DNA from: Brevundimonas sp.
Lineage (GTDB): Bacteria; Pseudomonadota; Alphaproteobacteria; Caulobacterales; Caulobacteraceae
Reading direction: 5' to 3'
Assembly: GCA_012270135.1 (NCBI GenBank)
Contig: JAAXIW010000239.1
Span: 1 to 61,744, forward strand
DNA length: 61,744 nucleotides
The translations under genes were made by a program, and so were the position numbers. This document shows positions 10,107 to 18,476 of this stretch, one piece after another; position 1 is the first letter of the stretch, and every line of letters begins with the position of its first letter. Below the pieces are notes generated by a model that saw only the letters and a program-made list of their open reading frames with translations, was not told where the DNA came from and did not search any database.

Positions 10107-10111
10107 GGCTC

Positions 10112-10142
10112 TTGATCCCGTAGCGGCTACGGGTTGTAGCCT
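10112..10142 (+). promoter_or_regulatory. MerR-type promoter/operator
   Basis: -35 TTGATC, 19-bp spacer, -10 TAGCCT, with dyad CCCGTAGC-G-GCTACGGG. Confidence 0.85.
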
Positions 10143-10168
10143 GTAGCAGAAATCGAACGGGAGGCCCC

Positions 10169-10555
10169 ATGGCCATCGATCAAGACCGGCCCAACATTCC
10201 TGAGGTCGCCGTCAGCGCCTCGGCCGCCATCGGCGGTGTGGCCTCGGTGTTCGCCTGGGCCGCGTGCTGTGTACTGCCTCTGGCTCTCTCGGTGGCGGGC
10301 GTGTCCTTCGCCGGCGCCGCGGTCATCGCGGGCGCGCGAACCTGGCTGACGCTTCTGGCCGCCGTCATCTTGGCCGCCGGCTGGCTGCTGCATTGGCGTC
10401 GCCTGCGGATGTGTCGGAAGGACGCATCCTGCCGCCGGCCCTCGCGTCTGGCGTTCTGGCTGCTGGTGATCGCCAGCCTGCTGATCGTCCTGTCCCTGGC
10501 CTGGCAGCCCTACATCGAACCATGGGCCATGCCGCGACTGGCGGCCATGCGATGA
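10169..10555 (+). CDS. MerT-like metal transport membrane protein
   Basis: AACCVLPL in TM1, CxxxxxC loop, three TM segments; downstream of the MerR promoter. Confidence 0.75.
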   Translation: MAIDQDRPNIPEVAVSASAAIGGVASVFAWAACCVLPLALSVAGVSFAGAAVIAGARTWLTLLAAVILAAGWLLHWRRLRMCRKDASCRRPSRLAFWLLVIASLLIVLSLAWQPYIEPWAMPRLAAMR

Positions 10556-10770
10556 GCCCCGCCATCGTTCTGGAATCGACGCTGACCTGCCCGCACTGCG
10601 GTCACGTCGCGACCGAGACCATGCCCACCGACGCCTGCATCTGGTTTTACGATTGCCTCGGTTGCGGCGTGAAGCTGAAGCCTCAACCCGGCGATTGCTG
10701 CGTGTTCTGCTCCTATGCCGACGTGCCGTGTCCGCCGATCCAGGTGGATGGAAAGGGCTGTTGCGGCTAG
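10552..10770 (+). CDS. GDCCVxC domain-containing Cys-rich protein
   Basis: TCPHCG...MPTDAC...PGDCCVFCSYADVPCPPIQ. Confidence 0.9.
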   Translation: MSPAIVLESTLTCPHCGHVATETMPTDACIWFYDCLGCGVKLKPQPGDCCVFCSYADVPCPPIQVDGKGCCG

Positions 10771-10804
10771 GCTTAGGCGGCACTGCTGCATTCCGGAGTT
10801 CGCC

Positions 10805-11164
10805 GTGACCGATCACGCCACGCCCAACCTGCCGTCGCGGGATTTCGAAGCTACGTCCCAGTTCTACACTCGACTGGGCTTCCAGCAGGGCTGGCGCGAC
10901 GAAGGGTGGATGATCCTGAAACGGGGCGGGCTGACGCTTGAGTTCTTCCCGCACCCGGAACTTGATCCGCTGACCAGCAACTTCAGCTGTTGCCTGCGGC
11001 TTGACGATCTCGACGCGTTCTACGCCGTGTGCCTTGGCACCGGACTGCCGGAGACGTGCTGGGGCCAACCCCGATTGCACGCGCCCAAGATCGAGGAGTC
11101 GGGCATGCGGATCGGCGCGCTCATCGACCCGGACGGAACCCTGATCCGCCTGATCCAGAACTGA
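10805..11164 (+). CDS. ble: Bleomycin-resistance protein (VOC fold; Tn5 Ble/BRP-MBL-like)
   Basis: GTG start; ATPNLPSRDF, GWMILKRGGLTLEFF, SCCLRLDDL, DPDGTLIRLIQN. Confidence 0.85.
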   Translation: MTDHATPNLPSRDFEATSQFYTRLGFQQGWRDEGWMILKRGGLTLEFFPHPELDPLTSNFSCCLRLDDLDAFYAVCLGTGLPETCWGQPRLHAPKIEESGMRIGALIDPDGTLIRLIQN

Positions 11165-11210
11165 GGCTTCGCGCCTTGCCCCGATGCACGCGTTGCGCGA
11201 GACTCGCGTC

Positions 11211-12131
11211 ATGAAGACTTCGATCGATCATCTGCCGCCGCGCAAGCAGGTGGAACTGCGCCGGGTGGTCGAGGTGATCCGCGAGTCGTTCGCCGAAACC
11301 GTCTCGACCCGTCGGGCCGAGCGGCTGAAGAACGGCAAGATCCTCAAGATCATCCTCTACGGATCGTATGCGCGCGGCGATTGGGTCCATGATCCGGTCG
11401 GACGCTACTTCTCGGATTTCGATCTGTTGATCGTTGTCGATCATGAGGATCTGACCGACGGCGAGTTCTGGCATGACGCCGAGAACAAGCTGATGCCGGG
11501 CGAGACCCTGATCCGCACGCCGGTGAGCCTTATCGTGCACAGTCTGGAAGACGTGAACGAGCAGTTGGACCGCGGGCGATACTTCTGGGCCGACATCGTG
11601 CGTGAGGGCATCGTTCTCTTCGACACGCCCGGCGCCAAGCTGCGCAAGCCGGCTGACCTGAAAGCTCAGGTTGCCCTTAAGGAAGCGGAGGAGTTCTTCG
11701 GAGATTGGACGCAGAGTTCGGCCAGCTTTGCTCGTGGCGCGAAATTCTATATGGGCGAGGGCGCTGATCCTAAGCTCGCCGCGTTCAACCTTCATCAATC
11801 GGCTGAACACCTCTACCACTGCGTTTTGCTGGTTGTGACGCTCTACAGCGGCAAGGCGCACAACCTCGCCTTCCTGCGCAAGAAGTGCGAGGCGATCGAC
11901 GCCCGCCTGGCCGAGGCCTGGCCGCGCGAGACCAAGTTCGAGCGCCGCTGCTTCGAGCTGCTGCGCGAGGCCTATGTGAAGGCTCGTTACTCCAAGCACT
12001 ACAAGATCAGCGTCGAGGAACTGACCTGGTTGACCCAGCGGGTTGAGGTGCTGCGCGCGCTGGCGACGACTGTGTGCGAGGAACGGCTGGCCCATCTGCG
12101 CGAAGCGGCGAGCGATGACCCTTCCGCGTGA
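11211..12131 (+). CDS. Nucleotidyltransferase (MNT)-HEPN fusion protein
   Basis: ILYGSYARGDW...SDFDLLI NTase motif; C-terminal HEPN with AAFNLHQSAE...AYVKARY. Confidence 0.85.
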   Translation: MKTSIDHLPPRKQVELRRVVEVIRESFAETVSTRRAERLKNGKILKIILYGSYARGDWVHDPVGRYFSDFDLLIVVDHEDLTDGEFWHDAENKLMPGETLIRTPVSLIVHSLEDVNEQLDRGRYFWADIVREGIVLFDTPGAKLRKPADLKAQVALKEAEEFFGDWTQSSASFARGAKFYMGEGADPKLAAFNLHQSAEHLYHCVLLVVTLYSGKAHNLAFLRKKCEAIDARLAEAWPRETKFERRCFELLREAYVKARYSKHYKISVEELTWLTQRVEVLRALATTVCEERLAHLREAASDDPSA

Positions 12132-13236
12132 TTTGATCCCGCCCAGCATGCGCGCGACGCTGGACGCCGCAAGACGGATGGCCGATCCCTTTGAGGACGT
12201 CCGCCGACAGCACGATATGCTGCGGGCCAGCGGCGTGCTCGGCATCGCCGAGCGCATGAAGCTGGAGACCCCGCTGGCCTTGGCCGCGATGGGTCGTAAC
12301 CCGTTCACGGACCGGATGCAGGGCGTCGGCGCCCTGATGAGGGCTCAGACCGACGCGGACCGCGTCTATCGCGCCGCGTTTCCGAATGGCCTGATCGAGC
12401 AGGCCGAGCGGATCGCGCAACTGTCCGCCGGCTTCGCCTTGCCGGATGGTCTCGAGCGCTTCAGGACGCCGACGGACAGTTTCGTCGATCGCATCCTCCG
12501 ACTGTCGGACAGTGGTCTTGGCGCGAGCGCCCTGGCGATCGGGCGACCCGCCCAGATCGAGGCCTTCGCGCGGGCCTCGGCGATGGCCGACATGTTCGCC
12601 GAGAGCGACCGGCTGACGCGGGGAGTGCGAGAGGCGGTCGGCGCCTTCTCCATCACGGAGATGCCGCAGTTCGCCAATCTGGCCGGTTATCGCAGTTTCC
12701 TCGACGCGGCGGGACTGCGGCTTGCGCACTGGCCGAGACGGCGTCTCCTGACGATGGCGGAGAAGCGCCGTCGCCTGAAGGCCCGCCTTCAGGCCAACTC
12801 GGCCCCGCCGCATGTGAAGCGCGCCAAGACTCTGGTTCACCGCTACGAACTGACCTTGAGGGAAATTCTAGATGCCGTGATGGCCGAGACCTACGGTGAG
12901 GACTGGGCGGACGAGCGCCTGCCGCTGTGCGACTGCAAGGATTTGCTGGGGAAGTGGAAGAAGCGGGGAGGCGAGGTTTTCGACCATGCCGACTACACCC
13001 ACTACGCGCGGATCATGAGCCATCCGGAGCATTTCCAGGCGATCTTCGAGGCTGGTTTCGACGACCCAGAGGCGGTGTTCGATCTTCTGAAGCAGGCCGG
13101 GAAGCTGCGCGCGGCGTCGCACCATGCGCACCTGTTCACGCCCGAAGATCTGAAGGCGCTCCGCCTGACCTGGAACCAGATCGAAACAGGCTTGATCGCG
13201 CTCACTCCGGATTTCGAACTCGAGTGGACGGGTTAA
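12115..13236 (+). CDS. Protein with C-terminal Swt1-like HEPN domain
   Basis: ELTLREIL...YGEDW...ADYTHY...LRAASHH (Rx4H); overlaps the upstream gene. Confidence 0.6.
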   Translation: MTLPRDLIPPSMRATLDAARRMADPFEDVRRQHDMLRASGVLGIAERMKLETPLALAAMGRNPFTDRMQGVGALMRAQTDADRVYRAAFPNGLIEQAERIAQLSAGFALPDGLERFRTPTDSFVDRILRLSDSGLGASALAIGRPAQIEAFARASAMADMFAESDRLTRGVREAVGAFSITEMPQFANLAGYRSFLDAAGLRLAHWPRRRLLTMAEKRRRLKARLQANSAPPHVKRAKTLVHRYELTLREILDAVMAETYGEDWADERLPLCDCKDLLGKWKKRGGEVFDHADYTHYARIMSHPEHFQAIFEAGFDDPEAVFDLLKQAGKLRAASHHAHLFTPEDLKALRLTWNQIETGLIALTPDFELEWTG

Positions 13237-13265
13237 AAGGCGACGAGGTCGGAATCGCCGTCCTC

Positions 13266-13523
13266 TTAGTGGAGCACTTCCCCGCCGACCGGATCGACCT
13301 GACGCAACTGGCCGGCCGCGTCCTGGACAAAGACTTCCACTTGCTCGCCCTTGTCGATCAGCGTCGTCGCCTTCACGAGCGCGGACTCTATGGCGTCGAC
13401 GCTGAAGTCGAAATGCCCTGAGGGTCGGCCATCGCGAAGCACCCGCCAGTCGCCGTCGCCCCGGATCACCGTGAACTGGATGGTGTCGGACTGCCTCTCC
13501 AAGGGATCCCTCCTTCGCTCCAA
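13266..13523 (-). CDS. Small hypothetical protein (possibly DUF2188-like)
   Basis: 85-aa ORF with GDWRVLRDG and EVFVQDAAGQ segments; start uncertain. Confidence 0.55.
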   Translation of the reverse strand: MERRRDPLERQSDTIQFTVIRGDGDWRVLRDGRPSGHFDFSVDAIESALVKATTLIDKGEQVEVFVQDAAGQLRQVDPVGGEVLH

Positions 13524-13571
13524 TCCGCGATGCGGATGGCGCCATGAACCTACCGCGACACCGCTTGAGCG

Positions 13572-14918
13572 TCATAGCATGTAGCCCACATCCGATGCGC
13601 CCGTCGGATAGGCGAACATCGTGGTCTTGAGGTCATCCGCAGTCAGTCCATGGCGGATCGCCAAAGCGAAAATATTGATGACCTCGTCCACGTTCGGGCC
13701 CACGAGGTGGGCGCCCAACACCCGTTCCGTCCCTTCCTCGACCAAGACCTTGAAGCCGAAGGTGGGTTCGGCCGCTGCGCGTGCTGTGAACCAGTCGGAG
13801 GCCTTCTGATTTTTGACTCGGTAGAGCAGACCCTGATCCTTAGCCTCCCTCTCCGTCAGCCCGACCGCCGCGATAGGCGGGATTGTGAAGGCCACGCTCG
13901 GGACGCCGCGATAGTTCGGCCTTTCGGAGTTACCGTTCAAAATGTTGGCCGCCACGACCTTGGCGTCGTGGCTGGACACGGGGGTCAGCGGCGGACCGAC
14001 CTGGGCTGCGTCGCCCGCGGCATAGACGGCTGGATTGGAAACGCTCTGCAGAAATTCGTTGAGCTTCAGGCGGCCTCCTTCATGCTCGACCCCGGCGGCG
14101 TCAAGGCCGAGATCGTCGATCGCAGGTCCTCGTCCGGCGGCGTGAATGACCAGATCAGCATGGACATCGACGGCTTTCCCCTTCGTCTGGGCGTGAACCC
14201 GAAAGCCTGCGCGCGTCTGCTCGACCGCCTGGACTGTCGTTTCGAGGCGCACGTCAACGCCGAGTTGGCGAAAGCTTTCCATGAGCCAACCGACCACGTC
14301 CGGGTCGAACTGGGGAAGCAATCGCTCGCCACGCTGGAGGATTACGACTTCGGCGCCAGCCCGCGCGGCGATGTGGGAGAACTCGGCCGCGATATAGCCT
14401 CCGCCGACCAGCACAATGCGCTTTGGCATGTCACCCAGCTCGAGGAAGCCCTCGTTGGTGACCAGATGCTCTTCCCCCGGGATGCCGAGTTTCCTGGGTT
14501 CGGCTCCGGCGGCGATGAGCAGGTTCGAAAACTCCAGCGTTTCCTCGCCCACCTCAAGGCTGTTGCGGCCGGTGAGGCGCGCCCGTCCATGAAAAGTGTC
14601 GATGCCTCTTTCAGAGTACCGCTCTTGGTGCTTTTGGGGAACGGGATCGGTGAAACCCCGCTTGAAGGCCATGAGGTCGGCCCAAGCAATTCGGGCGTCG
14701 CCGGCGACACCCCTGCCTCGCATCCGCCATGTATGATCGACGGCGTTGGCCCCGCTGATCAGCATTTTTTTTGGATCGCAGCCCCGGAGCGCGCACGTGC
14801 CTCCAAAGGGACGAAAATCGACAACCGCGACGCTGCGACCAGCAGCGCGAACCCGCATGGCTCCGACCATGGCGGCGGTCCCGGTCCCGATCACCACAAG
14901 ATCATAATGTTTGGTCAT
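13572..14918 (-). CDS. Pyridine nucleotide-disulfide oxidoreductase (glutathione reductase/MerA-like class)
   Basis: GTGTAA FAD site, GGTCALRGCDP redox disulfide, GGGYIAAE NAD(P)H site, C-terminal YPT. Confidence 0.9.
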   Translation of the reverse strand: MTKHYDLVVIGTGTAAMVGAMRVRAAGRSVAVVDFRPFGGTCALRGCDPKKMLISGANAVDHTWRMRGRGVAGDARIAWADLMAFKRGFTDPVPQKHQERYSERGIDTFHGRARLTGRNSLEVGEETLEFSNLLIAAGAEPRKLGIPGEEHLVTNEGFLELGDMPKRIVLVGGGYIAAEFSHIAARAGAEVVILQRGERLLPQFDPDVVGWLMESFRQLGVDVRLETTVQAVEQTRAGFRVHAQTKGKAVDVHADLVIHAAGRGPAIDDLGLDAAGVEHEGGRLKLNEFLQSVSNPAVYAAGDAAQVGPPLTPVSSHDAKVVAANILNGNSERPNYRGVPSVAFTIPPIAAVGLTEREAKDQGLLYRVKNQKASDWFTARAAAEPTFGFKVLVEEGTERVLGAHLVGPNVDEVINIFALAIRHGLTADDLKTTMFAYPTGASDVGYML

Positions 14919-14954
14919 CGATGTATGCTCCGCGCTCGCTCTGTAGCGGCTACC

Positions 14955-15268
14955 TTGGGACGGACGAGGCGGTACAGTGCCTCGGTCACCACCGCGTTGA
15001 CGGCGCCAAAGAGAAGGTGCCCGGCGACCCCTCTAGCCTGGGTGAGCAGGGGGTTGTCTCGATTGGGAGCACTGTAGCCGAACACAGGCGTCAGACCTTC
15101 GTCGATCATCAAGAGCATGGTCGCTCCAGCACTTCCTCTTCCCGTACTTTCGGCGGCTTGATCTGGTAGAGCGCCGTCTGCGCCCTCTCGGTTACCCTCG
15201 TGGCCACGAGACCGGCGATGACGCCGAGGCCTGTCTCCGCAGCCAGCGATTTTGATGGAGTTGCGCAT
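14955..15268 (-). pseudogene. Degraded DUF1440-like membrane protein remnant
   Basis: Fragments in different frames: GVIAGLVATRVTERAQTALY and IDEGLTPVFGYSAPNRDNPLLTQARGVAGHLLFG. Confidence 0.5.
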
Positions 15269-15664
15269 TGTTCTGACTCCCGATGAGCACGCTCCGGCCG
15301 CCTCATCCGGCTGGCTTACGACACCGCGACTGTCCCTCGAACGGAACGCTCGGAAGGGGAACGAAGCTGGAGTTGCTTCAGGTTCCCTTCATAGCAGGAG
15401 ACACCTCAGATTCATGCCAGGCGTGGCCGCGCCCGTCGCCATGCCGCGCGTCAGCTGCGACGACGCGGAAGCGGTGAATCCTGGGCACGTCTTTGGTGGC
15501 GGAGCGGATGCACCGGCATTGGCGGCACGATCCCTACGAGCGCCGCGATTGGCCGCATGGTTCAAGCGGCGGTGACCAGCCGTCTCTCCTGCGACGCGCC
15601 AAGCCTTGCGCGGCCTCTCAATGGCCTGATCTGACCGAAGCCCGTCCGGCTTCCGCAACCGTTC

Positions 15665-15719
15665 GCGCGACTTTCTTCCCCGGCCTGACGGCCTTCCTCG
15701 CGAGGCAAGAAAGTCGCGC
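15665..15719. repeat. 13-bp perfect inverted repeat upstream of DUF736
   Basis: GCGCGACTTTCTT (15665-15677) and AAGAAAGTCGCGC (15707-15719). Confidence 0.8.
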
Positions 15720-15842
15720 TCCCGGTCCTCCGCTGCGCTGCGGGGCTCCCTGTGCTCGCCTGCGGGCCGCCCGGCCTCCGGTCCGCCGATCGCCATCGAG
15801 GCCGCGGCAGGCGTGGCCCGAGATCAGCAAGGAGAGACTTCC

Positions 15843-16139
15843 ATGGCCACCATCGGTTCCTTCACCCAGCAAGCGGACGGCAGCTACAGCGGTTCGATCA
15901 AGACCCTGACCCTCAACGTCAAGGCGGCCCAACTCCGGGCCAATGACAAGACCGACGACAAGGCTCCTGATTTCCGCATCTTCTCCGGCCAGACCGAGTT
16001 CGGCGCGGCCTGGAAGAAAACGAGCCAGCAGAACCGCGACTACCTGTCGGTCAAGCTCGACGATCCCAGCTTCCCGGCCCCGATCTACGCCTCGCTGGTC
16101 GAGATCGATGGCGGACACAGCCTGATCTGGTCCCGCTGA
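15843..16139 (+). CDS. DUF736 family protein
   Basis: MATIGSF...GSIKTLTLN...APDFRI...GAAWKK...[19 protein letters not shown]; AAGGAG RBS. Confidence 0.92.
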   Translation: MATIGSFTQQADGSYSGSIKTLTLNVKAAQLRANDKTDDKAPDFRIFSGQTEFGAAWKKTSQQNRDYLSVKLDDPSFPAPIYASLVEIDGGHSLIWSR

Positions 16140-16146
16140 GCGAGCC

Positions 16147-16182
16147 GCGGCGGCGCTGACGACAGCGCCGCCGCCCCTTCTT
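16147..16182 (+). terminator. Intrinsic terminator-like hairpin
   Basis: GCGGCGGCGCTG-acga-CAGCGCCGCCGC followed by a pyrimidine run. Confidence 0.55.
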
Positions 16183-16207
16183 CAAATCCCGTCTTGAGGA
16201 GGCCGCC

Positions 16208-17098
16208 ATGTCGCGCCCCAACGAACCCTCACGTCCCGACCTCTACACCCGCATCACCCACCAGATCGTCGCCCAGCTCGAAGCCGGCGTCCGGCCCTGG
16301 AGCCAGCCCTGGGCCGCATCCGAAAGCGTCAGCCGACCCCTCCGGCACGACGGCACGCCTTACCGCGGCGTCAACGTCGTCCTGCTGTGGGGCGAGGCCG
16401 CCGCCCGAGGCTTTCAGTCCTCCACCTGGATGACCTTCCGGCAGGCGCTGGCCCTGGGCGCTCATGTCCGCAAGGGCGAAAAGGGTTCCACCGTCGTCTA
16501 CGCCGACCAGCTGGTCCGCATCGACGATGACGACGCCGGGGAGGAGACGACCCGACGCATTCCGTTCCTGAAGGCCTACACGGTCTTCAACGTCGAACAG
16601 ATCGAGGGTCTCCCGGCCTCGTCCGCCCCGGCGCCCGCGCCGGTCCTGAACCTCGGTCAACGGATCGCCCGGGCCGAGACGTTCTTCGCCGCGACGGGCG
16701 CCGACGTCCGTCATGGCGGCGGCTGCGCCTTCTATGCGCCGGGACCGGACTTCGTGCAGATGCCGGTGTTCGAAAGCTTCCGCGATCCGGAAGCCTACTA
16801 CGCGACGCTGGGCCACGAGCTGACGCACTGGACCAGGCACCCCGCTCGGCTCGACCGCGACTTCGGACGCCGCCGGCATGGAGACGCCGGCTACGCCCGG
16901 GAAGAACTGGTGGCCGAAATCGGCGCCGCCTTCCTCTGCGCCGACCTGGGGCTGGCTCTCGAGCCGCGCGAGGATCACGCCGCCTATGTCGCCTCATGGC
17001 TCGAGGTGCTGCGCGACGACAAGCGATTCATCTTCTCAGCCGCCGCCCACGCCCAGCGCGCCGTGGACTTTCTTCATGCGGCCGGCGAGGGCGGCTGA
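16208..17098 (+). CDS. ardC: ArdC antirestriction protein (ssDNA-binding domain plus zincin-like metallopeptidase)
   Basis: GVRPWSQPW, YRGVN, WMTFRQA, VRKGEKG, HELTHWT, YAREELVAE. Confidence 0.92.
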   Translation: MSRPNEPSRPDLYTRITHQIVAQLEAGVRPWSQPWAASESVSRPLRHDGTPYRGVNVVLLWGEAAARGFQSSTWMTFRQALALGAHVRKGEKGSTVVYADQLVRIDDDDAGEETTRRIPFLKAYTVFNVEQIEGLPASSAPAPAPVLNLGQRIARAETFFAATGADVRHGGGCAFYAPGPDFVQMPVFESFRDPEAYYATLGHELTHWTRHPARLDRDFGRRRHGDAGYAREELVAEIGAAFLCADLGLALEPREDHAAYVASWLEVLRDDKRFIFSAAAHAQRAVDFLHAAGEGG

Positions 17099-17198
17099 CG
17101 CCGGGGACGTAAAAGATGCAGGGGCGCGCGCCGGTCATGGCTGGCGCGCGCGTCACCTGCGCTGTAACCTTGGGGTCTTGCTGGACGTATTGAGCTTG

Positions 17199-17531
17199 AT
17201 GATCGGACGTCGAACAACTGCGGCCTGGGCGCCGGCCATTCTGGCCGTGTTCGCCCTGCTGTTCGCGTCGAGCCCGGTCACGGCCTGGGAGACTCCGGCC
17301 GCGGCCATGTCGATGCCGATGGCGACCGCCGACGGCTCCAGTCCGGATGCCCCCTGCGATCCCGTGAAGATGAGCTGCGCTCGGCTGTGCGCCGTGCTCT
17401 GCCATGGCCTGGTTCCGACGCCCGCCGCGGCCGTCCCGGTAGCGGCCTCCGCCGATGTGCACGATCGTTTACCGGCCGACGCCCTCGCGGGGGTGGAGCC
17501 GGAAGCGGAGGACCCGCCCCCTCGAACCTGA
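17199..17531 (+). CDS. CutF/CopL-like exported leader protein with CxxxC and C-terminal Pro-rich motif
   Basis: 110 aa; signal-like N-terminus, CARLCAVLC, ends EPEAEDPPPRT*. Confidence 0.7.
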   Translation: MIGRRTTAAWAPAILAVFALLFASSPVTAWETPAAAMSMPMATADGSSPDAPCDPVKMSCARLCAVLCHGLVPTPAAAVPVAASADVHDRLPADALAGVEPEAEDPPPRT

Positions 17532-17577
17532 TCTCCACCGACGATCCTTTTCTCAGAAAACCGATCCATGGAGATCA
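17529..17577 (+). promoter_or_regulatory. RBS-sequestering RNA hairpin
   Basis: TGATCTCCA (includes upstream stop codon) pairs perfectly with TGGAGATCA (includes the SD of the next ORF). Confidence 0.65.
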
Positions 17578-17580
17578 ACA

Positions 17581-17735
17581 ATGAAACGTGCTTTTTCGCT
17601 CGCGGCCCTCGTGCTGCTGACCTCGGCCTCGGCTGCCTTCGCGGCCGCGCCCGCCTCGGGGGGCACGGCCGCCGCCTCCTGCGCCGCGCTTCTCGCGGCC
17701 TGCTGTACCGCCGGACCCTGCTGCTGCGCCGCTGA
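17581..17735 (+). CDS. Small secreted Cys-rich peptide; the literal frame stays open to 17991, probably through a 1-nt indel near 17730
   Basis: GGAG RBS; MKRAFSLAALVLLTSASAAFA signal; SCAALLAACCTAGPCCC; out-of-frame TGA at 17733 followed by a strong hairpin. Confidence 0.55.
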
Positions 17736-17740
17736 CGGAG

Positions 17741-17766
17741 GACGCCCGCGCGAAAGCGCGGGCGTC
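17741..17766. terminator. 11-bp stem hairpin with GAAA tetraloop
   Basis: GACGCCCGCGC-gaaa-GCGCGGGCGTC; no U-tract, so termination is uncertain. Confidence 0.45.
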
Positions 17767-17899
17767 TGCCTCCGAGGCCGCTTCCCTCCTCATGATCCGT
17801 CCGGCTGGGGCGTCCGACAGGACGGCGGGCGAGCGGCCGTGCAGCGGTCGCCGAGGGGAGGACGTGCAGCACCGGAGGCCTACGGGGCGAGGGGGGTGA

Positions 17900-17945
17900 C
17901 GGTCAAGGGCAGGATAGGCTTTGCGCCGGCAACGTCTGACAGACC
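17900..17945 (-). other. oriT: Origin of transfer (oriT), RP4/MOBP-type nic site
   Basis: Minus strand reads CCTATCCTG^CCC (17918-17907), matching the RP4 nic core; immediately upstream of mobC and the relaxase. Confidence 0.8.
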
Positions 17946-17954
17946 CACCTCCCG

Positions 17955-18476
17955 ATGGCCCGCCTCACCCTTCGCGTCTCGCCCGATCTGATCCGCCGGT
18001 TCGACGCCGCGGCGGCGGGGCAGGGCGGGCGCTCGCGCTTGCTTCGCCGGCTCATGGAGGGGGCTGCGCAGGCGTCCTTTCCGGCGCCGCCGGAGGCGGT
18101 CAGCGCGCCCAGGTCGGGCAAGCTGACCCTGCGCCTCGGCGAGACCGACCTGCGTCTCCTGGAGGCCGAGGCCGCCGCCGTCGGGCTGTCGCGAACCCAA
18201 TGGAGTGTCGCGCTCATCCGGCGGCGGTTGCGGGATCGTCCGCAGTTCAGCCGTCCCGAGGCCTTGGCGCTGATCGAGGTGCGGCGCGAGCTGCGGCGCA
18301 TCGGCGTGAACATCAACCAGATCGCCCGCGCCCTGAACACGGCGGTGATGGAGGGGCAGGTGCTCGATCTGGAGATGGCCCAGCTCGGCGCCTTTCAGGC
18401 TGAGATCGCGGCCTGGGTGGAAGCGCTCGGCGAGGCCTTTGACGGCAACCTGTCCTATTGGGCCGGGCGGCCGTGA
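17955..18476 (+). CDS. mobC: MobC relaxosome accessory protein
   Basis: Two RHH-like segments and the ELRRIGVNINQIARALN motif. Confidence 0.88.
   Translation: MARLTLRVSPDLIRRFDAAAAGQGGRSRLLRRLMEGAAQASFPAPPEAVSAPRSGKLTLRLGETDLRLLEAEAAAVGLSRTQWSVALIRRRLRDRPQFSRPEALALIEVRRELRRIGVNINQIARALNTAVMEGQVLDLEMAQLGAFQAEIAAWVEALGEAFDGNLSYWAGRP

Noticed and set aside
13572-14918. Calling the reductase merA
   Set aside because: No NmerA domain and no C-terminal Cys-Cys pair; not within a canonical mer operon
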